DNA of 53,293 nt from an uncultured Ruminococcus sp. (GTDB lineage: Bacteria; Bacillota; Clostridia; Oscillospirales; CAG-272), in the NCBI GenBank assembly GCA_964457685.1, contig CAYWFS010000002.1, positions 2,519 to 55,811 of the forward strand, given 5' to 3'. The position numbers were made by a program, and so were the translations under genes. Position 1 is the stretch's first letter; each line of letters begins with the position of its first letter. Below, piece by piece: positions 36,105 to 46,686 of this stretch. Below the pieces are notes generated by a model that saw only the letters and a program-made list of their open reading frames with translations, was not told the origin of the DNA and did no database searches.

Positions 36105-37238
36105 TTAAAGCATTTTTCCTTTCGCTACATAGAACGGCTGAACATCCGCACCGCAAAGCATACGACCGTCTCTCAGCACTACATTTTTGTCTGTGATAAC
36201 GTAATTGAGGAACGCACCGTCACCGACTATTGTATCCTGCATGAGAATGCTGTTCTTTACCGTAGCGTTCTTACCTACCTTTACCCCTCTGAATATGATG
36301 GAGTTTTCAACAGTTCCCTCGATGTATGAACCATCCGCAACCATTGAATTTTTTATGCTGGATTTATCGCTGTAGTATGTGGGAGTCGAGTTTCTTACCT
36401 TTGTGTAAACGGGTCTGTTGTCTACGTTAAACAGAGTCTCACGAGCCTTTGCATTTGAAAGAAGCTCCATGCTGTGCTGATAATAATCGAGGAACGATGA
36501 GATACAAGCGAAATAGCCGTCGTATCTGTAAACTCTGTAGTTAAGCTCCTTGTAATTCTTTGCGAGAATATCTCTTGACAGGCTCTTGTAGTCATGTGCT
36601 ATTGCGTCTGTTACAAACTGTCTGAGATAGGATGTGTTTACAACTACCATATTGAGCGATATATCTGCTGTTCCCTCAAAATCTGTGGGATAAACAAGTA
36701 CATCTGTAATTCTTCCGCTTTCGTCGGACTTAAGTATTGTGTTTGCCTTTGCTTTTTCACGGCTAAGCTCAAAGCTCTTTACCGCAAATGTCATATCAGC
36801 ACCGCTCTTTTTGTGATACTCTATCATATCGTTGAAATCCACGTTGCAGATAACATCGCAGTCTGAAAGAACCACATATTCGTCCGTAATATGGCTGATA
36901 TAGTAGTTTACGCTTTTCAGAGCCTCAAGACGGGTTGTGTAAAGTGAGTTTACGTTGTTTGCATATGCGGTGATATACGGAGGAAGTATTTTGATACCGC
37001 CCGAACGTCTTGCAAGGTCCCAGTCCTTACCTGAGCCTATATGGTCCATGAGAGACTGATAATTATAGTGAGTTATTACGCTGATATTATATATATCGGA
37101 GTTTACCATATTGGAAAGCGTGAAGTCGATAAAACGGTAACGGCAAGCAAAGGGGATGGACGCTACTGTACGGCGAGCTGTTAATTCCGGTATGTTATTA
37201 TCATGGATATTTGAAAAAATAATTCCTGTTGCTGACAT
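36105..37238 (-). CDS. glgD: Glucose-1-phosphate adenylyltransferase subunit GlgD
   Basis: RTVASIPFACRYRFIDF, GSGKDWDL, KVRNSTPTYY; lacks the LAGG.G.RL motif. Confidence 0.93.
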   Translation of the reverse strand: MSATGIIFSNIHDNNIPELTARRTVASIPFACRYRFIDFTLSNMVNSDIYNISVITHYNYQSLMDHIGSGKDWDLARRSGGIKILPPYITAYANNVNSLYTTRLEALKSVNYYISHITDEYVVLSDCDVICNVDFNDMIEYHKKSGADMTFAVKSFELSREKAKANTILKSDESGRITDVLVYPTDFEGTADISLNMVVVNTSYLRQFVTDAIAHDYKSLSRDILAKNYKELNYRVYRYDGYFACISSFLDYYQHSMELLSNAKARETLFNVDNRPVYTKVRNSTPTYYSDKSSIKNSMVADGSYIEGTVENSIIFRGVKVGKNATVKNSILMQDTIVGDGAFLNYVITDKNVVLRDGRMLCGADVQPFYVAKGKML

Positions 37239-37265
37239 TATTATGTTTCCTTTCTTTGCCGTAAT

Positions 37266-38474
37266 TTACGCTTTTTTATTCTTTTCGAGCCATTCTTCGT
37301 TGACCATTTCTCCGCCGGATACATTGGTTCCGGGTGAAAGCTTGAGTCCCGAGCCGATGACTGTTATATTTTCGCTTGCACTCTTTGTTCTTCCGATAAC
37401 AGAGCCTGCACCTATTTCGGTATCGCTGTCGATTATCGAGTAGTTGATTGTCGTACCCTCACTGATGGTTACATTCTTCATTATGATGGAATCCTTGATG
37501 TATGCACCTCTCGACACCTTAACTCCGCTTGCAAGCACGGAATTTTCGACAATGCCCTCAATATTGCAACCCTCTGTTATGAGAGAATTGGAAATTTTTG
37601 CATAATCTCCGATAAAGTGCGGCGGGTCGGAATAGTTTCTGGAAAGGATTCTCCATGAGCGGTCTCTGAGGTTGAACTTCGGACTCTCTCCGATAAGATC
37701 CATATTTGCTTCCCAGAGTGACTGAATTGTTCCGACATCCTTCCAATATCCGCTGAAAGGATATGCGTACATTTTGCAGCCGTCTGCGAGCATTTTCGGG
37801 ATGATATTCTTACCGAAGTCCTTGGAAGAATTCGGATCCGCTTCATCCTCAACAAGGTACTTTACGAGAAGCTCTCTGTTGAATATATAGATACCCATTG
37901 AAGCCTTTGTGCTTTTCGGTTGCTTCGGCTTTTCTTCAAATTCGAGGATTCTCATTTCATCATCGGTATTCATGATTCCGAAACGGCTTGCTTCCTCGAG
38001 AGATACTTCAAGCACCGCTATTGTACAATCGGCTCCCGTTGCTTTATGTGCTTCAAGCATCTTTTCGTAGTCCATTTTGTAAATATGGTCACCCGACAGA
38101 ATAAGCACATAATCGCAGTTATATCTGTTAATAAAATCTATATTCTGATAGATAGCATTTGCGGTACCCTTATACCAGTCGGCACCGTTTTTTGCCTGAT
38201 ACGGCGGAAGAACAGTAACTCCTCCCTGAACTCTGTCGAGATCCCACGGTTCACCGCTTCCTATGTATTCGTTAAGCACAAGAGGCTGATACTGTGTCAG
38301 AACTCCGACGGTATATATTCCGGAATTAACGCAGTTTGACAGAGGAAAGTCGATAATTCTGTATTTTCCTCCGAACGGTACTGCGGGTTTAGCTGTTTTC
38401 TCGGTAAGTGTATATAGTCTGCTGCCTTGTCCGCCTGCAAGAAGCATAGCTACGCATTCCTGTTTTTTAAACAT
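37266..38474 (-). CDS. glgC: Glucose-1-phosphate adenylyltransferase
   Basis: [49 protein letters not shown]; start at ATG 38474 after GGAGG. Confidence 0.96.
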   Translation of the reverse strand: MFKKQECVAMLLAGGQGSRLYTLTEKTAKPAVPFGGKYRIIDFPLSNCVNSGIYTVGVLTQYQPLVLNEYIGSGEPWDLDRVQGGVTVLPPYQAKNGADWYKGTANAIYQNIDFINRYNCDYVLILSGDHIYKMDYEKMLEAHKATGADCTIAVLEVSLEEASRFGIMNTDDEMRILEFEEKPKQPKSTKASMGIYIFNRELLVKYLVEDEADPNSSKDFGKNIIPKMLADGCKMYAYPFSGYWKDVGTIQSLWEANMDLIGESPKFNLRDRSWRILSRNYSDPPHFIGDYAKISNSLITEGCNIEGIVENSVLASGVKVSRGAYIKDSIIMKNVTISEGTTINYSIIDSDTEIGAGSVIGRTKSASENITVIGSGLKLSPGTNVSGGEMVNEEWLEKNKKA

Positions 38475-38488
38475 ATCTTCCTCCAAAA

Positions 38489-40489
38489 TCAATTATTTTT
38501 ATCGGTAGTATCTTTTGCGTTCTGCTTGCGAAGTATAACTCCTCCGAGAGCAGGAAGCTTTATATCAATAACGGAATATTTTCCGCCCATCTTATCCGCA
38601 ACATAGCGTGAACGGATACCGTTTGAATTTAACACATTTTTTCCGCCGTATTCGTACTCATCCGTTGTGAATACTTCTTCATACCGTCCGAGCTTCGGAA
38701 CCTTTACAGTGAAGCTGTCTCTCTCGACGGGAGCAAAGTTTAACACCACTATAAGTTCCTGTCCTTTTTTGTTCTTTCTTCGGTATGCGATAATATTAAG
38801 CTCCGAAAGATCCGCTTCTATCCATTCAAATCCGTCCCACGAATCGTCTATTTCCCAAAGCTCACTGTTATCGAGGTAGAATTTATTCAGTCTCTCGACA
38901 TATCTTTGCATTTCAATGTGACGGGGATAATCGGTCATGAACCATTCAAGCTGATTTTCGTAATCCCATTCTCTGAACTGTGCGTACTCCGTTCCCATGA
39001 ACATGAGCTTTTTACCCGGCAGCGTCATCATATACATAAGGAAGGTTCTCATGCAGGCGAATTTCTCATCGTAATTTCCGAAGCATTTGTCTACGATGGA
39101 TTTCTTTCCGTGAACTACCTCGTCATGAGATATGGGAAGAATATAGTTTTCGCCGAACGCATACATCAGAGGGAATGTAAGCTTATTGTGCTTATATTTT
39201 CTGGCGATAGGGTCTGTTTCGATATAATCGTACATATCGTTTGCCCAACCCATATTCCATTTGAAGCTGAATCCGAGACCTCCGTCGGAAACCGGCTTTG
39301 TTATCATCGGCCATGAGGTGGATTCCTCCGCTATCATAAGCACATCGGGGAATTCATTTGCAATCTGTGAATTTAACTTCTTAAAAAATGCTATTGCTTC
39401 GAGATTATGGTTTCCGCCGTTTCTGTTCGGTATCCATTCTCCCGGCTCTCTGTCGTAATCGAGGTAAAGCATGGATGCAACAGCGTCAACTCTGAGACCG
39501 TCTGCATGGAATTCTCTGAGCCAATACAGTGCGTTCGATATAAGGAATGATTGAACCTCGGGTCTGCCCACATCGAAGCAACGTGTTCCCCAGCCTCTGT
39601 TTTCCTGTCTGTCCTTACCCTGATATTCGTAGAGCGGTTGACCGTCAAACTCGTAAAGACCATGCTCATCCTTCGGGAAGTGTGCGGGAACCCAGTCAAG
39701 GATAACTCCGATTCCGTTTTCATGCATTTTCTCGACGAAATATCTGAAATCATCGGGAGTACCGTAGCGTGAAGTCGGTGAATAATAACCGCAAACCTGG
39801 TATCCCCACGAGCCGTCAAACGGATACTCCATTATCGGCATAAGCTCAACGTGCGTGTAATGCATTTCCGTAAGATACGGTGCGAGCTTGTCCGCTATTT
39901 CCCTGTATGTAAGGTAATGTTCTCCGTCCTTATTTGATTCTCCGTCTCTCGTTTTCCATGAGCCGAGGTGCATTTCATATATATTAAGCGGTGCACTGTA
40001 GTAGTGATTCACCTTAGGCTTAAACCCACGTCTTTTCGGACACACTGTAGCGGAGCGTTTTTTCAGCCACTCGCCGTCCTTCCACTTATGGTTAGAGCGA
40101 TGCGGTATTATGGAAGCGGTTTTCTTGAGTGTTTCCGACTCAAAAGCATATGGATCGGCTTTCATATGTGCCACTCCGTTTTTACCGACTATCCTGTACT
40201 TATAGAACTCTCCCTCGAGGGATTTTTCGGATTCTACCGTTATCTCCCATATTCCCTCAGTGTTAAGTCTTTTCATTTCAAAGCCGTATTCCCAGTCTGT
40301 AAAGCTTGCACAAAGCCCTACTCTTACTGCATTCGGAGCCCAAACTCTGAAATGATATTTAATTCTGCCATCCGATTCTTCACTATGCACTCCGAGATAA
40401 TCGTATGCGTGAAAATTAGTACCCTGATGGAAAAGGTATATAGGAAGCGAATCGTTTAATAAATTGTTTTTACTTTCGTTACCCGTCAT
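38489..40489 (-). CDS. glgB: 1,4-alpha-glucan branching enzyme
   Basis: [53 protein letters not shown]. Confidence 0.97.
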   Translation of the reverse strand: MTGNESKNNLLNDSLPIYLFHQGTNFHAYDYLGVHSEESDGRIKYHFRVWAPNAVRVGLCASFTDWEYGFEMKRLNTEGIWEITVESEKSLEGEFYKYRIVGKNGVAHMKADPYAFESETLKKTASIIPHRSNHKWKDGEWLKKRSATVCPKRRGFKPKVNHYYSAPLNIYEMHLGSWKTRDGESNKDGEHYLTYREIADKLAPYLTEMHYTHVELMPIMEYPFDGSWGYQVCGYYSPTSRYGTPDDFRYFVEKMHENGIGVILDWVPAHFPKDEHGLYEFDGQPLYEYQGKDRQENRGWGTRCFDVGRPEVQSFLISNALYWLREFHADGLRVDAVASMLYLDYDREPGEWIPNRNGGNHNLEAIAFFKKLNSQIANEFPDVLMIAEESTSWPMITKPVSDGGLGFSFKWNMGWANDMYDYIETDPIARKYKHNKLTFPLMYAFGENYILPISHDEVVHGKKSIVDKCFGNYDEKFACMRTFLMYMMTLPGKKLMFMGTEYAQFREWDYENQLEWFMTDYPRHIEMQRYVERLNKFYLDNSELWEIDDSWDGFEWIEADLSELNIIAYRRKNKKGQELIVVLNFAPVERDSFTVKVPKLGRYEEVFTTDEYEYGGKNVLNSNGIRSRYVADKMGGKYSVIDIKLPALGGVILRKQNAKDTTDKNN

Positions 40490-40515
40490 AGTCCATCCAT
40501 CCTTTCGTTAACTCT

Positions 40516-40544
40516 ATTATACAATAAATAAAGGCACAATGCAA
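40516..40544 (-). promoter_or_regulatory. sigma-A promoter of the glg operon
   Basis: TTGCAT-17 nt-TATAAT. Confidence 0.65.
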
Positions 40545-40593
40545 GAGATTTTTGACGATAATATGAAATTCCAAGGAATATTATATATCCGAT

Positions 40594-40610
40594 TTCGACA
40601 CAATGTCTAA
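40594..40610. promoter_or_regulatory. Putative Spo0A boxes upstream of the glg promoter
   Basis: TTCGACA (TGTCGAA on minus strand) plus inverted TGTCTAA 3 nt away. Confidence 0.4.
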
Positions 40611-40684
40611 GATTGTGACCCCAAATTGTACACTTTTACCGTAACGCCTCAATTTGCGTGCTTGTAGACAACCAAAAACAAAAA

Positions 40685-40725
40685 TCCCGAGCGTTAAAAT
40701 CACACATCGTAATCAATACTCGGGA
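40685..40725 (-). terminator. Possible terminator after the LsrG-like gene
   Basis: TCCCGAG/CTCGGGA stem, long loop, flanking A tracts. Confidence 0.4.
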
Positions 40726-40747
40726 AAAATCGGTTTATTATTTTGTA

Positions 40748-41041
40748 TCAGTCAAAACAAAGAGGAGTTGTCGGAATAGAATGACGTGGAACGAGCATCA
40801 TGGGAGAGACGGTCTCTTTCCATTTCTTGTAATGCTCTGTCTCCTTATGTGCAGCCGCCGCTTCTTTATCACGATATACCTCATAAAGCACATATTTGTT
40901 AGCTTCTGTGTTATCGTGAAGAACGTCGAATCTGACATTTCCCTCTTCTTTTCTGGAATTTATGTGGTTGTACTCGGTTATTTTTTCGAATTCTTCCACA
41001 TATTCGGGAATTACGGTCACAAATACAAGTGTAGCTATCAT
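40748..41041 (-). CDS. ABM-family protein, LsrG-like
   Basis: NH..S.KEEGNVRFDVL, LYEVY, HKETEHY pattern. Confidence 0.85.
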   Translation of the reverse strand: MIATLVFVTVIPEYVEEFEKITEYNHINSRKEEGNVRFDVLHDNTEANKYVLYEVYRDKEAAAAHKETEHYKKWKETVSPMMLVPRHSIPTTPLCFD

Positions 41042-41053
41042 ACTCTGTTCACC

Positions 41054-41470
41054 TTACTTTGCGTCTACTACCTTGAAGAACTCAATCTCTTCACCGGAGG
41101 GACCGTAAACAAATCCGCAGTTAAGAGTGAGCTTTACGGGAGCGGAATCAAGCGGAACAACCTTGGGTTCGGACTTTACCTTGGCACCGAACTCAACAGC
41201 TCTCTTGAATGCCGCGTCAACATCATCTGCCTTGAGTGCAAAGTGAATATATCCTACATTTGCGGGTTGTACATCCTTACCGCCTGCGAAAAGCTCAAGT
41301 ATTCCGCCGTCACCGAGGTCGAGCATTGCGATTCTGCCGTTTCCTTCGCCCCACATGGTATAGAACTTCATTCCGAGACCCTCTGTGTAGAATTTCAGAG
41401 CGGCTTCAAAATCGGTTGCCATAAGTGCAACATGATGGAATCCCATTCCGCCGATAATTTCGTTTGCCAT
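41054..41470 (-). CDS. VOC / glyoxalase family protein
   Basis: HHVAL, FYTEGLG, ILELF, HFALKADDVD, GPSGEEIEF; start at ATG 41470 after GAAAGGA. Confidence 0.88.
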   Translation of the reverse strand: MANEIIGGMGFHHVALMATDFEAALKFYTEGLGMKFYTMWGEGNGRIAMLDLGDGGILELFAGGKDVQPANVGYIHFALKADDVDAAFKRAVEFGAKVKSEPKVVPLDSAPVKLTLNCGFVYGPSGEEIEFFKVVDAK

Positions 41471-41500
41471 AATCTTTCTTCCTTTCAATATTTAAAAATA

Positions 41501-42121
41501 TCAATAGAATCTAATGCTTGTGATGACCTTACCGAGTATCATAAGGCTGTTTACAATTATCGGGAGCATTGTCTTGTTTTCCGGCTGTAATCTGAAGTGA
41601 CCGTCCTCCTTATAGAAGGTCTTTACGGTAGCTTCATCGTCAATAAGTGCTACAACAATATCTCCGTTTTCGGCAATGGAGGTCTTTTCTACAATGACAA
41701 TATCTCCGTCGAGAATACCTGCCTCTATCATGCTTGTTCCCGACACCTTGAGTGCGAACATATCGTTATCGGGAAGCGGATAAAGTCCCTTGGGATAGTG
41801 AATGAAGCCCTCGTAATTCTCAACGGCAAGGATAGGCTGTCCTGCTGTTACCTTTCCGAGAAGAGGAACATTGCAGTAGTCCTTTATTTCGCCGCCGTCC
41901 TCATAGGAAACGCCCTCAATACGAAGTGTACGGCTTTTTCCGGTTTCCTTCTGAATATATCCTTTTTTTTCGAGACGTTCGAGACAGGTGTGAACGGTAG
42001 ATGTGCTTTTTATATCAAGTGCGTTACAAATGTCTCGAATAGACGGTGAGTATCCGTTTTTTCTTATATTATCTTTTATGTAATCAAATATTAATTGCTC
42101 TTTGGGTTCAAGAGTTATCAT
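41501..42121 (-). CDS. lexA: SOS repressor LexA
   Basis: GYSPSIRDI HTH, STSTVH, VTAG cleavage site, GTSM, TVK catalytic residues; start at ATG 42121 after GAGGT. Confidence 0.96.
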   Translation of the reverse strand: MITLEPKEQLIFDYIKDNIRKNGYSPSIRDICNALDIKSTSTVHTCLERLEKKGYIQKETGKSRTLRIEGVSYEDGGEIKDYCNVPLLGKVTAGQPILAVENYEGFIHYPKGLYPLPDNDMFALKVSGTSMIEAGILDGDIVIVEKTSIAENGDIVVALIDDEATVKTFYKEDGHFRLQPENKTMLPIIVNSLMILGKVITSIRFY

Positions 42122-42135
42122 AACAACCTCGCTTT

Positions 42136-42147
42136 GAACATTATTTC
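42136..42147. promoter_or_regulatory. LexA box 1 (autoregulation)
   Basis: GAAC-ATTA-TTTC, one mismatch to GAAC-N4-GTTC, between the lexA promoter and RBS. Confidence 0.55.
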
Positions 42148-42179
42148 TCGGTATCACTTCGATACTTAATTATGTCTAT

Positions 42180-42208
42180 ATTATAACACACCTGTCGAAT
42201 CGTGTAAA
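42180..42208 (-). promoter_or_regulatory. sigma-A promoter of lexA
   Basis: TTTACA-17 nt-TATAAT with TG extension. Confidence 0.65.
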
Positions 42209-42217
42209 CAATTGTTC
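42206..42217. promoter_or_regulatory. LexA box 2 overlapping the lexA -35
   Basis: AAAC-AATT-GTTC (GAAC-AATT-GTTT on the minus strand). Confidence 0.6.
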
Positions 42218-42349
42218 TGAATTTTATTATGAATTTTTATGATATATTTTGTTAATAATTATATTACACGATTTTTCACGAAAAGATTTGTGTAATTATG
42301 CTTTTATTGTTACCAAAATGTAAAAAACAAAAATTTGTCTAAATGACGG

Positions 42350-42378
42350 TTGAAAAAGCTGATTTATTAATGTATAAT
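42350..42378 (+). promoter_or_regulatory. sigma-A promoter of pckG
   Basis: TTGAAA-17 nt-TATAAT. Confidence 0.65.
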
Positions 42379-42453
42379 GTATGTTAGCGGACTAGGGCAA
42401 ATCCTAACCGTAATTCATCGGCAAAATTTTTCATTTATATAAAGGAGTTTAAA

Positions 42454-44241
42454 ATGGCTACAACAACTAACAAGCACATACTTACTTGGGTTGACGAAAT
42501 GGCTGCTCTCTGCACACCTGACAACATTGTTTGGATTGACGGTACAGAAGAACAGGCAAACGCTCTCCGTGCTGAAGCTTGCTCCACAGGCGAGATTATC
42601 AAGCTTAACGAAGAAAAGCTTCCCGGATGCTACCTCCACCGCACCGCTGTAAACGACGTTGCTCGTGTTGAAGGCAGAACTTTCATCTGCACATCTAAGA
42701 AAGAGGATGCAGGTAACATCAACAACTGGATGGATCCCAAGGAATGCTACGAAAAGCTCGGCAAGCTCTACAAGGGTTCCATGAAGGGCAGAACAATGTA
42801 CGTTATCCCCTACTCCATGGGTATCGTAGGTTCCGACTTCGCTAAGTACGGTATCGAGCTTACAGACTCCATTTACGTTGTTCTCAACATGCTCATCATG
42901 ACAAGAGTTGGTACAAACGTACTCGAAGCTCTCGGTGACAGCCCCGACTACATCAAGGGTCTCCACTCCAAGGCTGATCTCGATGAAGAAAACCGTTACA
43001 TCTGCCACTTCCCGGAAGACAACACTATCTGGTCCGTTAACTCCGGTTACGGCGGAAACGTACTTCTCGGTAAGAAGTGCTTCGCTCTCCGTATTGCATC
43101 CTACCTCGGCAGAAAAGAAGGCTGGATGGCAGAGCATATGCTTATCCTCGGCGTTGAATACCCCAACGGCGAAGTTAAGTATGTATCCGCTGCATTCCCC
43201 TCTGCTTGCGGTAAGACCAACCTCGCAATGCTCATTCCTCCGGAAGTTTATGCAAAGCAGGGTTACAAGGTTTGGTGCGTAGGTGACGATATTGCATGGC
43301 TCAGAGTCGGTGCTGACGGTCGTCTCTATGCTGTTAACCCCGAAAACGGCTTCTTCGGTGTTGCTCCCGGTACTAACGAAAAGTCCAACCCGAACGCTCT
43401 CCATACCTGCATGAAGGATACCATCTTCACAAACGTTTGCCACAACCTCGATGACAACACTGTTTGGTGGGAAGGTCTCGATAACAATCCTCCGAAGAAC
43501 GCTCTCAACTGGCGTGGCGAAACATGGGATTACACTCAGTACGACAAGAACGACAAGGTTAAGACAGCAGGTGCTCATCCGAACTCCAGATTCACCGCTA
43601 AGGCTGTTAACTGCCCCTGCCTCTCCAAGGAATTCAACAATCCCGCAGGCGTTCCGATCTCCGCAATCATCTTCGGTGGTCGTCGTGCTAAGACTGCTCC
43701 CCTTGTATACCAGTCCACATCTTGGCAGCACGGTACATTCGTTGGCTCCATCATGGCTTCCGAAACAACAGCTGCTGCTTCCGGTGCTGTCGGCGTAGTT
43801 CGTCGTGACCCCATGGCTATGCGTCCTTTCGCAGGCTACGACATGGGTGACTACTTCGCTCACTGGCTCGAAATGGGTAAGAAGATTCCTCACGCTCCTA
43901 AGATTTTCCACGTTAACTGGTTCAGAACCGATGATAACGGCAACTTCATTTGGCCCGGCTTCGGCGACAACATGAGAGTTCTTCTCTGGATCCTCGCTCG
44001 TTGCGAAGACAAGGTTGACGCTGACCTCACTGCTATCGGTTACGTTCCGAAGGCTGAAGACATCAACATCGAAGGTCTTGACGGTATCACAGTTGATACT
44101 ATCCGTGACCTCCTCTCTGTTGACCACGACAGCTGGCTCGCTGACTGCGAAAACATCAAGGCATTCTACGCTCAGATCGGCGACAGAGTTCCCGCTGAAC
44201 TTCACGAAGAACTCAACGCACTTATCGCTCGTCTCGGCTAA
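42454..44241 (+). CDS. pckG: Phosphoenolpyruvate carboxykinase (GTP)
   Basis: DVARVE, SGYGGNVLLGKKCFALRIAS, WMAEHM, FPSACGKTNLAM, VGDDIAW, HPNSRF, VNWFR, WPGFGDN; strongly biased codon usage. Confidence 0.97.
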   Translation: MATTTNKHILTWVDEMAALCTPDNIVWIDGTEEQANALRAEACSTGEIIKLNEEKLPGCYLHRTAVNDVARVEGRTFICTSKKEDAGNINNWMDPKECYEKLGKLYKGSMKGRTMYVIPYSMGIVGSDFAKYGIELTDSIYVVLNMLIMTRVGTNVLEALGDSPDYIKGLHSKADLDEENRYICHFPEDNTIWSVNSGYGGNVLLGKKCFALRIASYLGRKEGWMAEHMLILGVEYPNGEVKYVSAAFPSACGKTNLAMLIPPEVYAKQGYKVWCVGDDIAWLRVGADGRLYAVNPENGFFGVAPGTNEKSNPNALHTCMKDTIFTNVCHNLDDNTVWWEGLDNNPPKNALNWRGETWDYTQYDKNDKVKTAGAHPNSRFTAKAVNCPCLSKEFNNPAGVPISAIIFGGRRAKTAPLVYQSTSWQHGTFVGSIMASETTAAASGAVGVVRRDPMAMRPFAGYDMGDYFAHWLEMGKKIPHAPKIFHVNWFRTDDNGNFIWPGFGDNMRVLLWILARCEDKVDADLTAIGYVPKAEDINIEGLDGITVDTIRDLLSVDHDSWLADCENIKAFYAQIGDRVPAELHEELNALIARLG

Positions 44242-44257
44242 TTTAAACGCATAAATT

Positions 44258-44303
44258 AAAACCTCACATTACTTTCATTTCGGAAAGCCGTGTGAGGTTT
44301 TTT
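44258..44303. terminator. Bidirectional terminator between pckG and the acetyltransferase
   Basis: AAAACCTCACA/TGTGAGGTTTT inverted repeat with T-tract. Confidence 0.8.
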
Positions 44304-44304
44304 G

Positions 44305-44898
44305 TTATTCTTTGTATATTGGGTATCGCTCTTTATCAGCCTCGGTTATCTCTCTAAGCACTCTGCAAGGAACTCCTGCCGCAACTACGCCCGAGGGAAT
44401 ATCATGTGTTACAACGCTGCCTGCCGCTATTACCGTGTTGTCACCTATCGTAACTCCTCCGAGAACCGTTACTCCCGCACCGAACCAGACATTGTCTCCC
44501 ACCGTGATAGGAAGTGCAACCTCAAGTCCGGCATTTCTTTGCTCTGCGTCAATTGCGTGTTCAGCTGTTGTAAAAAGGCAATTCGGAGCGATAAACACAT
44601 GGTTTCCGAAGGTTACTTTTCCACCGTCGAGAATTTGACAATTGTGATTTGCAAAAAAATAATCCCCTACCGTTGTATTATATCCGAAGTCGCACCAAAA
44701 CGGTGTGTTTACCGTAGTATCCTTTCCCATTTTCGCAAATATCTTCTCAAGTATTTTTGTCTGAGCTTCCCTGTCAGACGGTTTAATTTGATTAAATTCA
44801 TGACAAAGGTTGTTGCAGCTTGCTATTTCGGCTAATATTTCCCCGTCATAATTTGCATTATATAAAAATCCCCTGTCACGTTTTTCTTTTTCCGTCAT
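44305..44898 (-). CDS. Sugar O-acetyltransferase (maltose/galactoside acetyltransferase family)
   Basis: PFWCDFGYN, hexapeptide repeats, GDNVWFG, AGVPCRVLR. Confidence 0.92.
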   Translation of the reverse strand: MTEKEKRDRGFLYNANYDGEILAEIASCNNLCHEFNQIKPSDREAQTKILEKIFAKMGKDTTVNTPFWCDFGYNTTVGDYFFANHNCQILDGGKVTFGNHVFIAPNCLFTTAEHAIDAEQRNAGLEVALPITVGDNVWFGAGVTVLGGVTIGDNTVIAAGSVVTHDIPSGVVAAGVPCRVLREITEADKERYPIYKE

Positions 44899-44924
44899 AT
44901 TCTATCTCCAATCAAAGCAGTGAC

Positions 44925-44953
44925 TTGACAATATCACATCAATATTTTATAAT
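44925..44953 (+). promoter_or_regulatory. Consensus sigma-A promoter of the uracil-DNA glycosylase gene
   Basis: TTGACA-17 nt-TATAAT. Confidence 0.8.
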
Positions 44954-44996
44954 ATAACTATTATAGCACACACGGTATAAATAGGCAAGGAGTGAA

Positions 44997-45551
44997 ATGA
45001 TGAACTGGGACGAGCTTTACAAGGAATGTGATAGCTGTACAAAATGCCCCCTCGGCAAGACTAAAACAAACACCGTATTCGGCTGTGGTTCAACCTCTGC
45101 ACGGCTCATGTTCGTCGGAGAAGCCCCCGGTGAGCAGGAGGACAAGCAGGGCATTCCGTTTGTCGGTGCGGCAGGACAGCTTCTCAACAAATACCTCACC
45201 GCAGTCGGAATAGACAGGGATGAAACATATATCGCAAACATTCTGAAATGCAGACCTCCGCACAATCGAGACCCTCTCCCCGAAGAAGAAGACGCTTGTA
45301 TAGGCTATCTGAGGGAGCAGGTGAAGCTTATCCGCCCCGAAATGATAGTTTGTCTCGGTCGAATTTCGGCAATGCGACTGATAAAACCCGACTTCAAGAT
45401 AACTCGTGAGCATGGTATAATAATACGCAAGGGTGCTTTTGCAATGACTGCCGTATATCACCCTGCCGCACTGCTCAGAGACCCCTCAAAAAAAGAAGAT
45501 ATGTACAGAGATATGAAAAAAATAAAGGAATATCTCGACGGCGAAAAATAA
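44997..45551 (+). CDS. Uracil-DNA glycosylase family 4 (Fe-S)
   Basis: CTKC, GEAPG, PFVG, KCRPP.NR, YHPAALLR. Confidence 0.93.
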   Translation: MMNWDELYKECDSCTKCPLGKTKTNTVFGCGSTSARLMFVGEAPGEQEDKQGIPFVGAAGQLLNKYLTAVGIDRDETYIANILKCRPPHNRDPLPEEEDACIGYLREQVKLIRPEMIVCLGRISAMRLIKPDFKITREHGIIIRKGAFAMTAVYHPAALLRDPSKKEDMYRDMKKIKEYLDGEK

Positions 45552-45554
45552 AAC

Positions 45555-45603
45555 AAAGCTCTCGCGGAAGAATTTTTGATAGTCCTCCGTGAGAGCCTTT
45601 TTT
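45555..45603. terminator. Bidirectional terminator between udg and ruvB
   Basis: GCTCTCGCGGA/TCCGTGAGAGC stem with flanking A/T tracts. Confidence 0.7.
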
Positions 45604-46668
45604 TTATTCCTCGGAAAATGATATTTGCTCCGGTGTTTCCCGTTCGATTTGTTTTAAATACGGTATTCCGAGATGCTCGTACCCAAGGTGAGTTACCGCT
45701 CTTCCCCTCAGCGTTCTCGCAAGAAATCCTATTTGAAGCAGATACGGCTCGCAGACATCTTCAAGTGTTGTCGCTTCTTCTCCTATAGTTGCGGCAAGTG
45801 CTTCAAGCCCGACAGGACCTCCGTTATAGAACCTTATTATGGTTTCAAGCATATCTCTGTCTGTCTTGTCGAGTCCAAGCTCATCTATTTCAAGCATATC
45901 AAGGGCATTTCTAGCAACCTCAAGGTCTATTCTTCCGTTACTCATAACCTGAGAATAGTCTCGCACACGTTTGAGCAGTCTGTTTGCAATTCTCGGTGTA
46001 CCTCTCGAACGTGAAGCTATTTCGATTGCACCGTCTTCGTCTATCGGAACATCAAGTATTGCGGCAGAGCGTTTTACAATCGTTGCAAGCTCCTCGGGAT
46101 TATAAAGCTCCAGTCGCATCTGAACTCCGAAACGGTCTCTGAGAGGTGTTGACAGCTGACCTGCCCTTGTCGTTGCACCGATGAGAGTAAAATGTCGAAG
46201 TCCGAGGTGTACACTTCTTGCCGCAGGTCCTTTTCCTATGATTATATCAACGGCGAAGTCCTCCATTGCGGGATAAAGTATCTCCTCCATTGTTCTGGGC
46301 AGACGGTGTATCTCGTCAATGAACAGCACATCCCCCTCCTGAAGCCCTGCAAGAAGTGCTACAAGGTCGCCTTTCTTCTCTATAGCTGGTCCCGATGTTA
46401 TTCTCAGATTAACTCCCATTTCCTGTGCGATTATCGCAGCAAGAGTTGTTTTACCGAGTCCGGGAGGGCCGTAAAGAAGTACATGGTCTATTGATTCCCC
46501 TCTCAGCTTTGCGGCTTCCATTATGATTCTGAGATTTGCCTTAGCTTTTTCCTGACCGATATATTCGTCAAGAGTCTGAGGTCGGAGTGAATTTTCGTTT
46601 TCGACCTCCTCGGGGTTATAATTTGAGGACATAATTCGGTCTTCAAAATCAAATTCTATATCATCCAT
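45604..46668 (-). CDS. ruvB: Holliday junction branch migration ATPase RuvB
   Basis: [49 protein letters not shown]. Confidence 0.98.
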   Translation of the reverse strand: MDDIEFDFEDRIMSSNYNPEEVENENSLRPQTLDEYIGQEKAKANLRIIMEAAKLRGESIDHVLLYGPPGLGKTTLAAIIAQEMGVNLRITSGPAIEKKGDLVALLAGLQEGDVLFIDEIHRLPRTMEEILYPAMEDFAVDIIIGKGPAARSVHLGLRHFTLIGATTRAGQLSTPLRDRFGVQMRLELYNPEELATIVKRSAAILDVPIDEDGAIEIASRSRGTPRIANRLLKRVRDYSQVMSNGRIDLEVARNALDMLEIDELGLDKTDRDMLETIIRFYNGGPVGLEALAATIGEEATTLEDVCEPYLLQIGFLARTLRGRAVTHLGYEHLGIPYLKQIERETPEQISFSEE

Positions 46669-46686
46669 CTTTTATACCTCCCCTGT

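Noticed and set aside
40658-41590. 310-aa plus-strand ORF
   Set aside because: Antisense to the VOC and LsrG-like genes, which have clear motifs
42415-44205. 596-aa antisense ORF over pckG
   Set aside because: Mirror-frame product of strong codon bias; no motifs or RBS, and the sense strand is an unambiguous PEPCK
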